A stretch of 64,000 nt of DNA from Antedon mediterranea (GCF_964355755.1 NC_092671.1:21841317-21905316), one strand, 5' to 3'; positions 41,790 through 56,900 are shown, counted from the stretch's first letter. The notes: generated by a model from the sequence alone, not told the origin. Numbers and translations: made by a program.

Positions 41790-44700
41790 CTCAAAATGGT
41801 CTAAAACGGTTTATAATGTGCTTTTAACCACTTTGATGTTTTTGTGTAACCAAGTTTTTTCGAAAATCACAAATTGGTCTAAAACGTCTCCAAATGCGAT
41901 TTGAAGCTATTCTAAGAACTTTGGTGTTTTTATGTTAACAAGTTTTTTCGAAAATCACAAAATGGTCTTAAACGTCTCCAAATGCGATTTGAAGGTATTC
42001 TAAGCACTTTGGTGTTTTTATGTTAACAAGTTTTTTCGAAAATCACAAAATGGTCTAAATTGTCTCCATATGCGATTTGAAGCTATTCTTAGCACTTTGG
42101 TGTTTTTATGTTAACAAGTTTTTTCGAAAATCACAAAATGGTCTAAATTGTCTCCATATGCGATTTGAAGCTATTCTTAGCAGTTTGGTGTTTTTATGTT
42201 AAAAAGTTTTTTTCGAAAATCACAAAATGGTCTAAAACGTCTCCAAATGCGATTTGAAGCTATTCTAAGCACTTTGATGTTTTTGTGTGAAAAGTGTTAT
42301 CGAAATGCTCAAAATGGTCTAAAACGGTTTATAATGTGATTTTAACCACTTTGATGTTTTTGTGTAACCAAGTTTTTTCGAAAATCACTAATTGGTCTAA
42401 AATGTCTCCAAATGCGATTTGAAGCTATTCTTAGCACTTTGATGTTTTTATGTTAACAAGTTTTTTCGAAAATCACAAAATGGTCTAAAACGTCTCCAAA
42501 TGCGATTTGAAGCTATTCTAAGCACTTTGGTGTTTTGTGTGAAAAAGTTTTGTCGAAATGCTCAAAATGGTCTAAAACGTTTTTAAATAAGATATTAAGC
42601 TATATTGTGCTCTTTGATGTTTTTGTGTGAAAAGTGTTATCGATATGCTCAAAATGGTCTAAAACGGTTTATAATGTGATTTTAAGCACTTTGATGTTTT
42701 TGCGTAACCAAGTTTCATCGAAATGCACAAATTGGTCTAAAACGTCTCCAAATGCGATTTGAAGCTATTCTAATCACTTTGGTGTTTTTGTGTTAACAAG
42801 TTTTTTCGAAAATCACAAAATGGTCTAAAACGTCTCCAAATGTGATTTGAAGCTATTCTAAACATTTTGGTATTTTTATGTTAACAAGTTTTTTCGAAAA
42901 TCACAAAATGGTCTAAAACGTCTCCAAATGCGATTTGAAGCTATTCTAAGCACTTTGGTGTTTTTATGTTAACAAGTTTTTTCGAAAATCACAAAATGGT
43001 CTAAAACGTCTCCTAATGCGATTTGAAGCTATTCTAAGCACTTTGGTGTTTTTATGTTAACAAGTTTTTTCGAAAATCACAAAATGGTCTAAAACGTCTC
43101 CAAATGCGATTTGAAGCTATTCTGTACACTTTGATGTTTTTATGTTAACAAGTTTTTTGGAAAATCACAAAATGGTCTAAAACGTCTCCAAATGCGATTT
43201 GAAGGTATTCTAAGCACTTTGGTGTTTTTATGTTAACAAGTTTTTTCGAAAATCACAAAATGGTCTAAATTGTCTCCATATGCGATTTGAAGCTATTCTT
43301 AGCAGTTTGGTGTTTTTATGTTAAAAAGTTTTTTTCAAAAATCACAAAATGGTCTAAAACGTCTCCAAATGCGATTTGAAGCTATTCTAAGCACTTTGAT
43401 GTTTTTGTGTAAAAAGTGTTATCGAAATGCTCAAAATGGTCTAAAACGGTTTATAATGTGATTTTAACCACTTTGATGTTTTTGTGTAACCAAGTTTTTT
43501 CGAAAATCACTAATTGGTCTAAAATGTCTCCAAATGCGATTTGAAGCTATTCTTAGCCCTTTGATGTTTTTATGTTAACAAGTTTTTTCGAAAATCACAA
43601 AATGGTCTAAAACGTCTCCAAATGCGATTTGAAGCTATTCTAAGCACTTTGGTGTTTTGTGTGAAAAAGTTTTGTCGAAATGCTCAAAATGGTCTAAAAC
43701 GTTTTTAAATACGATATTAAGCTATATTGTGCTCTTTGATGTTTTTGTGTGAAAAGTGTTATCGATATGCTCAAAATGGTCTAAAACGGTTTATAATGTG
43801 ATTTTAAGCACTTTGATGTTTTTGCGTAACCAAGTTTCATCGAAATGCACAAAATGGTCTAAAACGTCTCCAAATGCGATTTGAAGCTATTCTAATCACT
43901 TTGGTGTTTTTGTGTTAACAAGTTTTTTCGAAAATCACAAAATGGTCTAAAACGTCTCCAAATGCGATTTGAAGCTATTCTAAACATTTTGGTGTTTTTA
44001 TGTTAACAAGTTTTTTCGAAAATCACAAAATGGTCTAAAACGTCTCCAAATGCGATTTGAAGCTATTCTAAGCACTTTGGTGTTTTTATGTTAACAAGTT
44101 TTTTCGAAAATCACAAAATGGTCTAAAACGTCTCCTAATGCGATTTGAAGCTATTCTAAGCACTTTGGTGTTTTTATGTTAACAAGTTTTTTCGAAAATC
44201 ACAAAATGGTCTAAAACGTCTCCAAATGCGATTTGAAGCTATTCTGTACACTTTGATGTTTTTATGTTAACAAGTTTTTTCGAAAATCACAAAATGGTCT
44301 AAAACGTCTCCAAATGCGATTTGAAGGTATTCTAAGCACTTTGGTGTTTTGTGTGAAAAAGTTTTGTCGAAAATCACAAAATGGTCTAAAACGTCTCCAA
44401 ATGCGATTTGAAGCTATTCTAAGCACTTTGGTGTTTTGTGTAAAAAGTGTTATCGATATGCTCAAAATGGTCTAAAACGGTTTATAATGTGATTTTAAGC
44501 ACTTTGATGTTTTTGCGTAACCAAGTTTCATCGAAATGCACAAAATGGTCTAAAACGTCTCCAAATGCGATTTGAAGCTATTCTAATCACTTTGGTGTTT
44601 TTATGTTGACAAGTTTTTTCGAAAATCACAAAATGGTCTAAAACGTCTCCAAATGCGATTTGAAGCTATTCTAATCACTTTGGTGTTTTTGTGTTAACAA

Positions 44701-45805
44701 GTTTTTTCGAAAATCACAAAATGGTCTAAAACGTCTCCAAATGCGATTTGAAGCTATTCTAAACATTTTGGTGTTTTTATGTTAACAAGTTTTTTCGAAA
44801 ATCACAAAATGGTTTAAAACGTCTCCAAATGCGATTTGAAGCTATTCTAAGCACTTTGGTGTTTTTATGTTAACAAGTTTTTTCGAAAATCACAAAATGG
44901 TCTAAAACGTCTCCATATGCGATTTGAAGCTATTCTGTACACTTTGATGTTTTTATGTTAACAAGTTTTTTCGAAAATCACAAAATGGTCTAAAACGTCT
45001 CCCAATGCGATTTGAAGCTATTCTAAGCACTTTGGTGTTTTTATGTTAACAAGTTTTTTCGAAAATCACAAAATTGTCTAAAACGTCTCCAAATGCGATT
45101 TGAAGCTATTCTGTAAACTTTGATGTTTTTATGTTAACAAGTTTTTTCGAAAATCACAAAATTGTCTAAAACGTCTCCAAATGCGATTTGAAGGTATTCT
45201 AAGCACTTTGGTGTTTTGTGTGAAAAAGTTTTGTCGAAATGCTCAAAATGGTCTAAAACGTTTTTAAATAGGATATTAAGCTATATTGTGCCCTTTGATG
45301 TTTTTGTGTGAAAAGTGTTATCGAAATGCTCAAATGGTCTAAAACGGTTTATAATGTGATTTTAAGAACTTTGATGTTTTTGTGTAACCAAGTTTCATCG
45401 AAATGCACAAAATGGTCTAAAACGTCTCCAAATGCGATTTGAAGCTATTCTAAGAACTTTGGTGTTTTTATGTTAACAAGTTTTTTTGAAAATTACAAAA
45501 TGGTCTAAAACGTCTCCAAATGCGATTTGAAGCTATTCTAAGCACTTTGGTGTTTTTATGTTAACAAGTTTTTTTCGAAAATCCCAAAATGGTCTAAAAC
45601 GTCTCCAAATGCGATTTGAAGCTTTTCTAAACACTTTGGTGTTTTTATGTTAACAAGTTTTTTCGAAAATCACAAAATGGTCTAAAACGTCTCCAAATGC
45701 GATTTGAAGCTATTTTAAGAACTTTGGTGTTTTTATGTTAACAAGTTTTTTCGAAAATCACAAAATGGTCTAAAACGTCTCCAAATGCGATTTGAAGCTA
45801 TTCTA
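41790..45805 (-). repeat. Roughly 4-kb block repeated at +14881 (about 56670-60685)
   Basis: Shared markers: cttttaacc (41821/56702), tgtgatttga (42841/57722), ttttttggaaaa (43159/58040), and the ORFs at 44262/59143. Confidence 0.85.
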
Positions 45806-48529
45806 ATCACTTTGGTGTTTTTATGTTAACAAGTTTTTTCGAAAATCACAAAATGGTCTAAAACGTCTCCAAATGCGATTTGAAGCTATTCTAATCACTT
45901 TGGTGTTTTTGTGTTAACAAGTTTTTTCGAAAATCACAAAATGGTCTAAAACGTCTCCAAATGCGATTTGAAGCTATTCTAAACATTTTGGTGTTTTTAT
46001 GTTAACAAGTTTTTTCGAAAATCACAAAATGGTTTAAAACGTCTCCAAATGCGATTTGAAGCTATTCTAAGCACTTTGGTGTTTTTATGTTAACAAGTTT
46101 TTTCGAAAATCACAAAATGGTCTAAAACGTCTCCAAATGCGATTTGAAGCTATTCTGTACACTTTGATGTTTTTATGTTAACAAGTTTTTTCGAAAATCA
46201 CAAAATGGTCTAAAACGTCTCCAAATGCGATTTGAAGCTATTCTAAGCACTTTGGTGTTTTGTGTGAAAAAGTTTTGTCGAAAATCACAAAATGGTCTAA
46301 AACGTCTCCAAATGCGATTTGAAGCTATTCTAAGCACTTTGGTGTTTTGTGTAAAAAGTGTTATCGATATGCTCAAAATGGTCTAAAACGGTTTATAATG
46401 TGATTTTAAGCACTTTGATGTTTTTGCGTAACCAAGTTTCATCGAAATGCACAAAATGGTCTAAAACGTCTCCAAATGCGATTTGAAGCTATTCTAATCA
46501 CTTTGGTGTTTTTATGTTAACAAGTTTTTTCGAAAATCACAAAATGGTCTAAAACGTCTCCAAATGCGATTTGAAGCTATTCTAATCACTTTGGTGTTTT
46601 TGTGTTAACAAGTTTTTTCGAAAATCACAAAATGGTCTAAAACGTCTCCAAATGCGATTTGAAGCTATTCTAAACATTTTGGTGTTTTTATGTTAACAAG
46701 TTTTTTCGAAAATCACAAAATGGTTTAAAACGTCTCCAAATGCGATTTGAAGCTATTCTAAGCACTTTGGTGTTTTTATGTTAACAAGTTTTTTCGAAAA
46801 TCACAAAATGGTCTAAAACGTCTCCAAATGCGATTTGAAGCTATTCTGTACACTTTGATGTTTTTATGTTAACAAGTTTTTTTCGAAAATCACAAAATGG
46901 TCTAAAACGTCTCCCAATGCGATTTGAAGCTATTCTAAGCACTTTGGTGTTTTTATGTTAACAAGTTTTTTCGAAAATCACAAAATTGTCTAAAACGTCT
47001 CCAAATGCGATTTGAAGCTATTCTGTAAACTTTGATGTTTTTATGTTAAGTTTTTTCGAAAATCACAAAATGGTCTAAAACGTCTCCAAATGCGATTTGA
47101 AGGTATTCTAAGCACTTTGGTGTTTTGTGTGAAAAAGTTTTGTCGAAATGCTCAAAATGGTCTAAAACGTTTTTAAATAGGATATTAAGCTATATTGTGC
47201 CCTTTGATGTTTTTGTGTGAAAAGTGTTATGGATATGCTCAAATGGTCTAAAACGGTTTATAATGTGATTTTAAGCACTTTGATGTTTTTGTGTAACCAA
47301 GTTTCATCGAAATGCATAAAATTGTCTAAAACGTCTCCAAATGCGATTTGAATCTATTCTAATCACTTTGGTGTTTTTATGTTAACAAGTTTTTTCGAAA
47401 ATCACAAAATGGTCTAAAACGTCTCCAAATGCGATTTGAAGCTATTCTAATCACTTTGGTGTTTTTGTGTTAACAAGTTTTTTCGAAAATCACAAAATGG
47501 TCTAAAACGTCTCCAAATGCGATTTGAAGCTATTCTAAACATTTTGGTGTTTTTATGTTAACAAGTTTTTTCGAAAATCACAAAATGGTCAAAAACGTTT
47601 TTAAATACGATATTAAGCTATTCTGTACACTTTGGTGTTTTGTGTGAAAAAGTTTTGTCGAAATGCTCAAAATGGTCTAAAACGTTTTTAAATACGATAT
47701 TAACCTATTTTATGCTCTTTGATGTTTTTGTGTGAAAAGTGTTATCGAAATGCTCAAAATGGTCTAAAACGGTTTTATAATGTGATTTTAAGCACTTTGA
47801 TGTTTTTGTGTAACCAAGTTTTTTCGAAAATCACAAATTGGTCTAAAATGTCTCCAAATGCGATTTGAAGCTATTCTTAGCACTTTGGTGTTTTTATGTT
47901 AACAAGTTTTTTCGAAAATCACAAATTGGTCTAAAATGTCTCCAAATGCGATTTGAAGCTATTCTGTACACTTTGGTGTTTTATGTTAACAAGTTTTTTC
48001 GAAAATCACAAAATGTTCTAAAACGTTTCCAAATACGATATTAAGCTATTTTGTGCTCTTTGATGTTTTTGTGTAAAAAATTTTATCGATATGCTCAAAA
48101 TGGTCTAAAACGGTTTATAATGTGATTTTAACCACTTTGATGTTTTTGTGTAACCAAGTTTTTTCGAAAATCACTAATTGGTCTAAAATGTCTCCAAATG
48201 CGATTTGAAGCTATTCTTAGCCCTTTGATGTTTTTATGTTAACAAGTTTTTTCGAAAATCACAAAATGGTCTAAAACGTCTCCAAATGCGATTGGAAGCT
48301 ATTCTTAGCACTTTGATGTTTTTATGTTAACAAGTTTTTTCGAAAATCACAAAATGGTCTAAAATGTCTCCAAATGCGATTTGAAGGTATTCTAAGCACT
48401 TTGGTGTTTTTATGTTAACAAGTTTTTTCGAAAATCACAAAATGGTCTAAATTGTCTCCATATGCGATTTGAAGCTATTCTAAGCACTTTGGTGTTTTTA
48501 TGTTAACAAGTTTTTTCGAAAATCACAAA

Positions 48530-50910
48530 ATGGTTTAAAACGTCTCCAAATGCGATTTGAAGCTATTCTAAGCACTTTGGTGTTTTTATGTTAACAAGTT
48601 TTTTCGAAAATCACAAAATGGTCTAAAACGTCTCCAAATGCGATTTGAAGCTATTCTGTACACTTTGATGTTTTTATGTTAACAAGTTTTTTCGAAAATC
48701 ACAAAATGGTCTAAAACGTCTCCCAATGCGATTTGAAGCTATTCTAAGCACTTTGGTGTTTTTATATTAACAAGTTTTTTCGAAAATCACAAAATTGTCT
48801 AAAACGTCTCCAAATGCGATTTGAAGCTATTCTGTAAACTTTGATGTTTTTATGTTAACAAGTTTTTTCGAAAAACACAAAATGGTCTAAAACACAAAAT
48901 GCGATTTGAAGGTATTCTAAGCACTTTGGTGTTTTGTGTGAAAAAGTTTTGTCGAAATGCTCAAAATGGTCTAAAACGTTTTTAAATAGGATATTAAGCT
49001 ATATTGTGCTCTTTGATGTTTTTGTGTGAAAAATGTTATCGAAATGCTCAAATGGTCTAAAACGGTTTATAATGTGATTTTAAGGACTTTGATGTTTTTG
49101 TGTAACCAAGTTTCATCGAAATGCACAAAATGGTCTAAAACGTTTCCAAATGCGATTTGAAGCTATTCTAAGAACTTTGGTGTTTTTATGTTAACAAGTT
49201 TTTTTGAAAATTACAAAATGGTCTAAAACGTCTCCAAATGCGATTTGAAGCTATTCTAAGCACTTTGGTGTTTTTATGTTAACAAGTTTTTTCGAAAATC
49301 CCAAAATGGTCTAAAACGTCTCCAAATGCGATTTGAAGCTTTTCTAAACACTTTGGTGTTTTTATGTTAACAAGTTTTTTCGAAAATCACAAAATGGTCT
49401 AAAACTTCTCCAAATGCGATTTGAAGCTTTTCTAAACACTTTGGTGTTTTTGTGTTAACAAGTTTTTTCGAAAATCACAAAATGGTCTAAAACGTCTCCA
49501 AATGCGATTTGAAGCTATTTTAAGAACTTTGGTGTTTTTATGTTAACAAGTTTTTTCGAAAATCACAAAATTGTCTAAAACGTCTCCAAATGCGATTTGA
49601 AGCTATTCTAAGTACTTTGGTGTTTTTATATTAACAAGTTTTTTCGAAAATCACAAAATGGTCTAAAACGTCTCCAAATGCGATTTGAAGCTATTCTAAA
49701 CATTTTGGTGTTTTTATGTTAACAAGTTTTTTTGAAAATCACAAAATGGTTTAAAACGTCTCCAAATGCTATTTGAAGCTATTCTAAGCACTTTGGTGTT
49801 TTTATGTTAACAAGTTTTTTCGAAAATCACAAAATGGTCTAAAACGTCTCCAAATGCGATTTGAAGCTATTCTGTACACTTTGATGTTTTTATGTTAACA
49901 AGTTTTTTCGAAAATCACAAAATGGTCTAAAACGTCTCCCAATGCGATTTGAAGCTATTCTAAGCACTTTGGTGTTTTTATATTAACAAGTTTTTTCGAA
50001 AATCACAAAATTGTCTAAAACGTCTCCAAATGCGATTTGAAGCTATTCTGTAAACTTTGATGTTTTTATGTTAACAAGTTTTTTCGAAAAACACAAAATG
50101 GTCTAAAACGTCTCCAAATGCGATTTGAAGGTATTCTAAGCACTTTGGTGTTTTGTGTGAAAAAGTTTTGTCGAAATGCTCAAAATGGTCTAAAACGTTT
50201 TTAAATAGGATATTAAGCTATATTGTGCTCTTTGATGTTTTTGTGTGAAAAGTGTTATCGAAATGCTCAAATGGTCTAAAACGGTTTATAATGTGATTTT
50301 AAGGACTTTGATGTTTTTGTGTAACCAAGTTTCATCGAAATGCACAAAATGGTCTAAAACGTCTCCAAATGCGATTTGAAGCTATTCTAAGAACTTTGGT
50401 GTTTTTATGTTAACAAGTTTTTTTGAAAATTACAAAATGGTCTAAAACGTCTCCAAATGCGATTTGAAGCTATTCTAAGCACTTTGGTGTTTTTATGTTA
50501 ACAAGTTTTTTCGAAAATCCCAAAATGGTCTAAAACGTCTCCAAATGCGATTTGAAGCTTTTCTAAACACTTTGGTGTTTTTATGTTAACAAGTTTTTTC
50601 GAAAATCACAAAATGGTCTAAAACTTCTCCAAATGCGATTTGAAGCTTTTCTAAACACTTTGGTGTTTTTGTGTTAACAAGTTTTTTCGAAAATCACAAA
50701 ATGGTCTAAAACGTCTCCAAATGCGATTTGAAGCTATTTTAAGAACTTTGGTGTTTTTATGTTAACAAGTTTTTTCGAAAATCACAAAATGGTCTAAAAC
50801 GTCTCCAAATGCGATTTGAAGCTATTCTAAGTACTTTGGTGTTTTTATATTAACAAGTTTTTTCGAAAATCACAAAATGGTCTAAAACGTCTCCAAATGC
50901 GATTTGAAGC
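48530..50910 (-). repeat. Tandem duplication, roughly 1216-bp unit (14 monomers)
   Basis: tcccaatg occurs at 48721/49937 and ggactt at 49084/50303. The offset changes by 3 bp across the lesion at about 48894. Confidence 0.8.
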
Positions 50911-53900
50911 TATTCTAAGCACTTTGGTGTTTTTATGTTAACAAGTTTTTTTCGAAAATCACAAAATGGTCTAAAACGTCTCCAAATGCGATTTGAAGCT
51001 ATTCTGTACACTTTGATGTTTTTATGTTAACAAGTTTTTTCGAAAATCACAAAATGGTCTAAAACGTCTCCTAATGCGATTTGAAGCTATTGTAAGTACT
51101 TTGGTGTTTTTATGTTAACAAGTTTTTTCGAAAATCACAAAATGGTCTAAAACGTTTTTAAATACGATATTAAGCTATTCTGTACACTTTGGTGTTTTGT
51201 GTGAAAAAGTTTTGTCGAAATGCTCAAAATGGTCTAAAACGTTTTTAAATACGATATTAACCTATTTTATGCTCTTTGATGTTTTTGTGTGAAAAGTGTT
51301 ATCGAAATGCTCAAAATGGTCTAAAACGGTTTTATAATGTGATTTTAAGCACTTTGATGTTTTGGTGTAACCAAGTTTTTTCGAAAATCACAAATTGGTC
51401 TAAAATGTCTCCAAATGCGATTTGAAGCTATTCTTAGCACTTTGGTGTTTTTATGTTAACAAGTTTTTTCGAAAATCACAAATTTGTCTAAAATGTCTCC
51501 AAATGCGATTTGAAGCTATTCTGTACACTTTGGTGTTTTATGTTAACAAGTTTTTTCGAAAATCACAAAATGTTCTAAAACGTTTCCAAATACGATATTA
51601 AGCTATTTTGTGCTCTTTGATGTTTTTGTGTAAAAAATTTTATCGATATGCTCAAAATGGTCTAAAACGGTTTATAATGTGATTTTAAACACTTTGATGT
51701 TTTTGCGTAACCAAGTTTCATCGAAATGCTCAAAATGGTCTAAAACGTTTTTAAATACGATATTAACCTATTTTATGCTCTTTGATGTTTTTGTGTGAAA
51801 AGTGTTATCGAAATGCTCAAAATGGTCTAAAACGGTTTTATAATGTGATTTTAAGCACTTTGATGTTTTTGTGTAACCAAGTTTTTTCGAAAATCACAAA
51901 TTGGTCTAAAATGTCTCCAAATGCGATTTGAAGCTATTCTTAGCACTTTGGTGTTTTTATGTTAACAAGTTTTTTCGAAAATCACAAATTGGTCTAAAAT
52001 GTCTCCAAATGCGATTTGAAGCTATTCTGTACACTTTGGAGTTTTATGTTAACAAGTTTTTTCGAAAATCACAAAATGTTCTAAAACGTTTCCAAATACG
52101 ATATTAAGCTATTTTGTGCTCTTTGATGTTTTTGTGTAAAAAATTTTATCGATATGCTCAAAATGGTCTAAAACGGTTTATAATGTGATTTTAACCACTT
52201 TGATGTTTTTGTGTAACCAAGTTTTTTCGAAAATCACTAATTGGTCTAAAATGTCTCCAAATGCGATTTGAAGCTATTCTTAGCCCTTTGATGTTTTTAT
52301 GTTAACAAGTTTTTTCGAAAATCACAAAATGGTCTAAAACGTCTCCAAATGCGATTTGAAGCTATTCTAAGCACTTTGGTGTTTTGTGTGAAAAAGTTTT
52401 GTCGAATTGCTCAAAATGGTCTAAAACGTTTTTAAATACGATATTAAGCTATATTGTGCTCTTTGATGTTTTTGTGTGAAAAGTGTTATCGATATGCTCA
52501 AAATGGTCTAAAACGGTTTATAATGTGATTTTAAGCACTTTGATGTTTTTGCGTAACCAAGTTTCATCGAAATGCACAAAATGGTCTAAAACGTCTCCAA
52601 ATGCGATTTGAAGCTATTCTAATCACTTTGGTGTTTTTGTGTTAACAAGTTTTTTCGAAAATCACAAAATGGTCTAAAACGTCTACAAATGCGATTTGAA
52701 GCTATTCTAAACATTTTGGTGTTTTTATGTTAACAAGTTTTTTCGAAAATAACAAAATGGTCTAAAACGTCTCCTAATGCGATTTGAAGCTATTCTAAGC
52801 ACTTTGGTGTTTTTATGTTAACAAGTTTTTTCGAAAATCACAAAATGGTCTAAAACGTCTCCAAATGCGATTTGAAGCTATTCTGGACACTTTGATGTTT
52901 TTATGTTAACAAGTTTTTTCGAAAATCACAAAATGGTCTAAAACGTCTCCAAATGCGATTTGAAGGTATTCTAAGCACTTTGGTGTTTTGTGTGAAAAAG
53001 TTTTGTCGAAAATCACAAAATGGTCTAAAACGTCTCCAAATGCGATTTGAAGCTATTCTAAGCACTTTGGTGTTTTTATATTAACAAGTTTTTTCGAAAA
53101 TCACAAAATTGTCTAAAACGTCTCCAAATGCGATTTGAAGCTATTCTGTAAACTTTGATGTTTTTATGTTAACAAGTTTTTTCGAAAAACACAAAATGGT
53201 CTAAAACGTCTCCAAATGCGATTTGAAGGTATTCTAAGCACTTTGGTGTTTTGTGTGAAAAAGTTTTGTCGAAATGCTCAAAATGGTCTAAAACGTTTTT
53301 AAATAGGATATTAAGCTATATTGTGCTCTTTGATGTTTTTGTGTGAAAAGTGTTATCGAAATGCTCAAATGGTCTAAAACGGTTTATAATGTGATTTTAA
53401 GGACTTTGATGTTTTTGTGTAACCAAGTTTCATCGAAATGCACAAAATGGTCTAAAACGTCTCCAAATGCGATTTGAAGCTATTCTAAGAACTTTGGTGT
53501 TTTTATGTTAACAAGTTTTTTTGAAAATTACAAAATGGTCTAAAACGTCTCCAAATGCGATTGGAAGCTATTCTTAGCACTTTGATGTTTTTATGTTAAC
53601 AAGTTTTTTCGAAAATCACAAAATGGTCTAAAATGTCTCCAAATGCGATTTGAAGGTATTCTAAGCACTTTGGTGTTTTTATGTTAACAAGTTTTTTCGA
53701 AAATCACAAAATGGTCTAAATTGTCTCCATATGCGATTTGAAGCTATTCTTAGCAGTTTGGTGTTTTTATGTTAAAAAGTTTTTTTCGAAAATCACAAAA
53801 TGGTCTAAAACGTCTCCAAATGCGATTTGAAGCTATTCTAAGCACTTTGATGTTTTTGTGTGAAAAGTGTTATCGAAATGCTCAAAATGGTCTAAAACGG

Positions 53901-56900
53901 TTTATAATGTGATTTTAACCACTTTGATGTTTTTGTGTAACCAAGTTTTTTCGAAAATCACTAATTGGTCTAAAATGTCTCCAAATTCGATTTGAAGCTA
54001 TTCTTAGCACTTTGATGTTTTTATGTTAACAAGTTTTTTCGAAAATCACAAAATGGTCTAAAACGTCTCCAAATGCGATTTGAAGCTATTCTAAGCACTT
54101 TGGTGTTTTTATGTTAACAAGTTGTTTTCGAAAATCACAAAATGGTCTAAAACGTCTACAAATGCGATTGGAAGCTATTCTTAGCACTTTGATGTTTTTA
54201 TGTTAACAAGTTTTTTCGAAAATCACAAAATGGTCTAAAATGTCTCCAAATGCGATTTGAAGGTATTCTAAGCACTTTGGTGTTTTTATGTTAACAAGTT
54301 TTTTCGAAAATCACAAAATGGTTTAAATTGTCTCCATATGCGATTTGAAGCTATTCTTAGCAGTTTGGTGTTTTTATGTTAAAAAGTTTTTTTCGAAAAT
54401 CACAAAATGGTCTAAAACGTCTCCAAATGCGATTTGAAGCTATTCTAAGCACTTTGATGTTTTTGTGTGAAAAGTGTTATCGAAATGCTCAAAATGGTCT
54501 AAAACGGTTTATAATGTGATTTTAACCACTTTGATGTTTTTGTGTAACCAAGTTTTTTCGAAAATCACTAATTGGTCTAAAATGTCTCCAAATTCGATTT
54601 GAAACTATTCTTAGCACTTTGATGTTTTTATGTTAACAAGTTTTTTCGAAAATCACAAAATGGTCTAAAACGTCTCCAAATGCGATTTGAAGCTATTCTA
54701 AGCACTTTGGTGTTTTGTGTGAAAAAGTTTTGTCGAAATGCTCAAAATGGTCTAAAACGTTTTTAAATACGATATTAAGCTATATTGTGCTCTTTGATGT
54801 TTTTGTGTGAAAAGTGTTATCGATATGCTCAAAATGGTCTAAAACGGTTTATAATGTGATTTTAAGCACTTTGATGTTTTTGCGTAACCAAGTTTCATCG
54901 AAATGCACAAAATGGTCTAAAACGTCTCCAAATGCGATTTGAAGCTATTCTAATCACTTTGGTGTTTTTATGTTAACAAGTTTTTTCGAAAATCACAAAA
55001 TGGTCTAAAACGTCTCCAAATGCGATTGGAAGCTATTCTTAGCACTTTGATGTTTTTATGTTAACAAGTTTTTTCGAAAATCACAAAATGGTCTAAAATG
55101 TCTCCAAATGCGATTTGAAGCTATTCTAAGCACTTTGGTGTTTTTATGTTAACAAGTTTTTTCGAAAATCACAAAATGGTCTAAAACGTCTCCTAATGCG
55201 ATTTGAAGCTATTCTAAGCACTTTGGTGTTTTTATGTTAACAAGTTTTTTCGAAAATCACAAAATGGTCTAAAACGTCTCCAAATGCGATTTGAAGCTAA
55301 TCTGTACACTTTGATGTTTTTATGTTAACAAGTTTTTTCGAAAATCACAAAATGGTCTAAAACGTCTCCAAATGCGATTTGAAGGTATTCTAAGCACTTT
55401 GGTGTTTTGTGTGAAAAAGTTTTGTCGAAAATCACAAAATGGTCTAAAACGTCTCCAAATGCGATTTGAAGCTATTCTAAGCACTTTGGTGTTTTGTGTA
55501 AAAAGTTTTATGGATATGCTCAAAATGGTCTAAAACGGTTTATAATGTGATTTTAAGCACATTGATGTTTTTGCGTAACCAAGTTTCATCGAAATGCACA
55601 AAATGGTCTAAAACGTCTCCAAATGCGATTTGAAGCTATTCTAATCACTTTGGTGTTTTTATGTTAACAAGTTTTTTCGAAAATCACAAAATGGTCTAAA
55701 ACGTCTCCAAATGCGATTTGAAGCTATTCTAATCACTTTGGTGTTTTTATGTTAACAAGTTTTTTCGAAAATCACAAAATGGTCTAAAACGTCTCCAAAT
55801 GCGATTTGAAGCTATTCTAATCACTTTGGTGTTTTTGTGTTAACAAGTTTTTTCGAAAATCACAAAATGGTCTAAAAAAAAAGAAAAGTGTTATCGAAAT
55901 GCTCAAAATGGTCTAACACGGTTTTATAATGTGATTTTAAGCACTTTGATGTTTTTGTGTAACCAAGTTTTTTCGAAAATCACAAATTGGTCTGAAATGT
56001 CTCCAAATGCGATTTGAAGCTATTCTTAGCACTTTGGTGTTTTTATGTTAACAAGTTTTTTCGAAAATCACAAATTGGTCTAAAATGTCTCCAAATGCGA
56101 TTTGAAGCTATTCTGTACACTTTGGTGTTTTATGTTAACAAGTTTTTTCGAAAATCACAAAATGTTCTAAAACGTTTCCAAATACGATATTAAGCTATTT
56201 TGTGCTCTTTGATGTTTTTGTGTAAAAAATTTTATCGATATGCTCAAAATGGTCTAAAACGGTTTATAATGTGATTTTAACCACTTTGATGTTTTTGTGT
56301 AACCAAGTTTTTTCGAAAATCACTAATTGGTCTAAAATGTCTCCAAATGCGATTTGAAGCTATTCTTAGCCCTTTGATGTTTTTATGTTAACAAGTTTTT
56401 TCGAAAATCACAAAATGGTCTAAAACGTCTCCAAATGCGATTTGAAGCTATTCTAAGTACTTTGGTGTTTTTATATTAACAAGTTTTTTCGAAAATCACA
56501 AAATGGTCTAAAACGTCTCCAAATGCGATTTGAAGCTATTCTGTACACTTTGGTGTTTTGTGTGAAAAAGTTTTGTCGAAATGCTCAAAATGGTTTAAAA
56601 CGTTTTTAAATACGATATTAAGCTATTTTGTGCTCTTTGATGTTTTTGTGTGAAATTTGTTATCGAAATGCTCAAAATGGTCTAAAACGGTTTATAATGT
56701 GCTTTTAACCACTTTGATGTTTTTGTGTAACCAAGTTTTTTCGAAAATCACAAATTGGTCTAAAACGTCTCCAAATGCGATTTGAAGCTATTCTAAGCAC
56801 TTTGGTGTTTTTATGTTAACAAGTTTTTTCGAAAATCACAAAATGGTCTTAAACGTCTCCAAATGCGATTTGAAGGTATTCTAAGCACTTTGGTGTTTTT

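Noticed and set aside
55871-55890. PolyA tail of a retro-insertion
   Set aside because: There are only 5 extra A, with no element body or target-site duplication. It is better explained as deletion filler.
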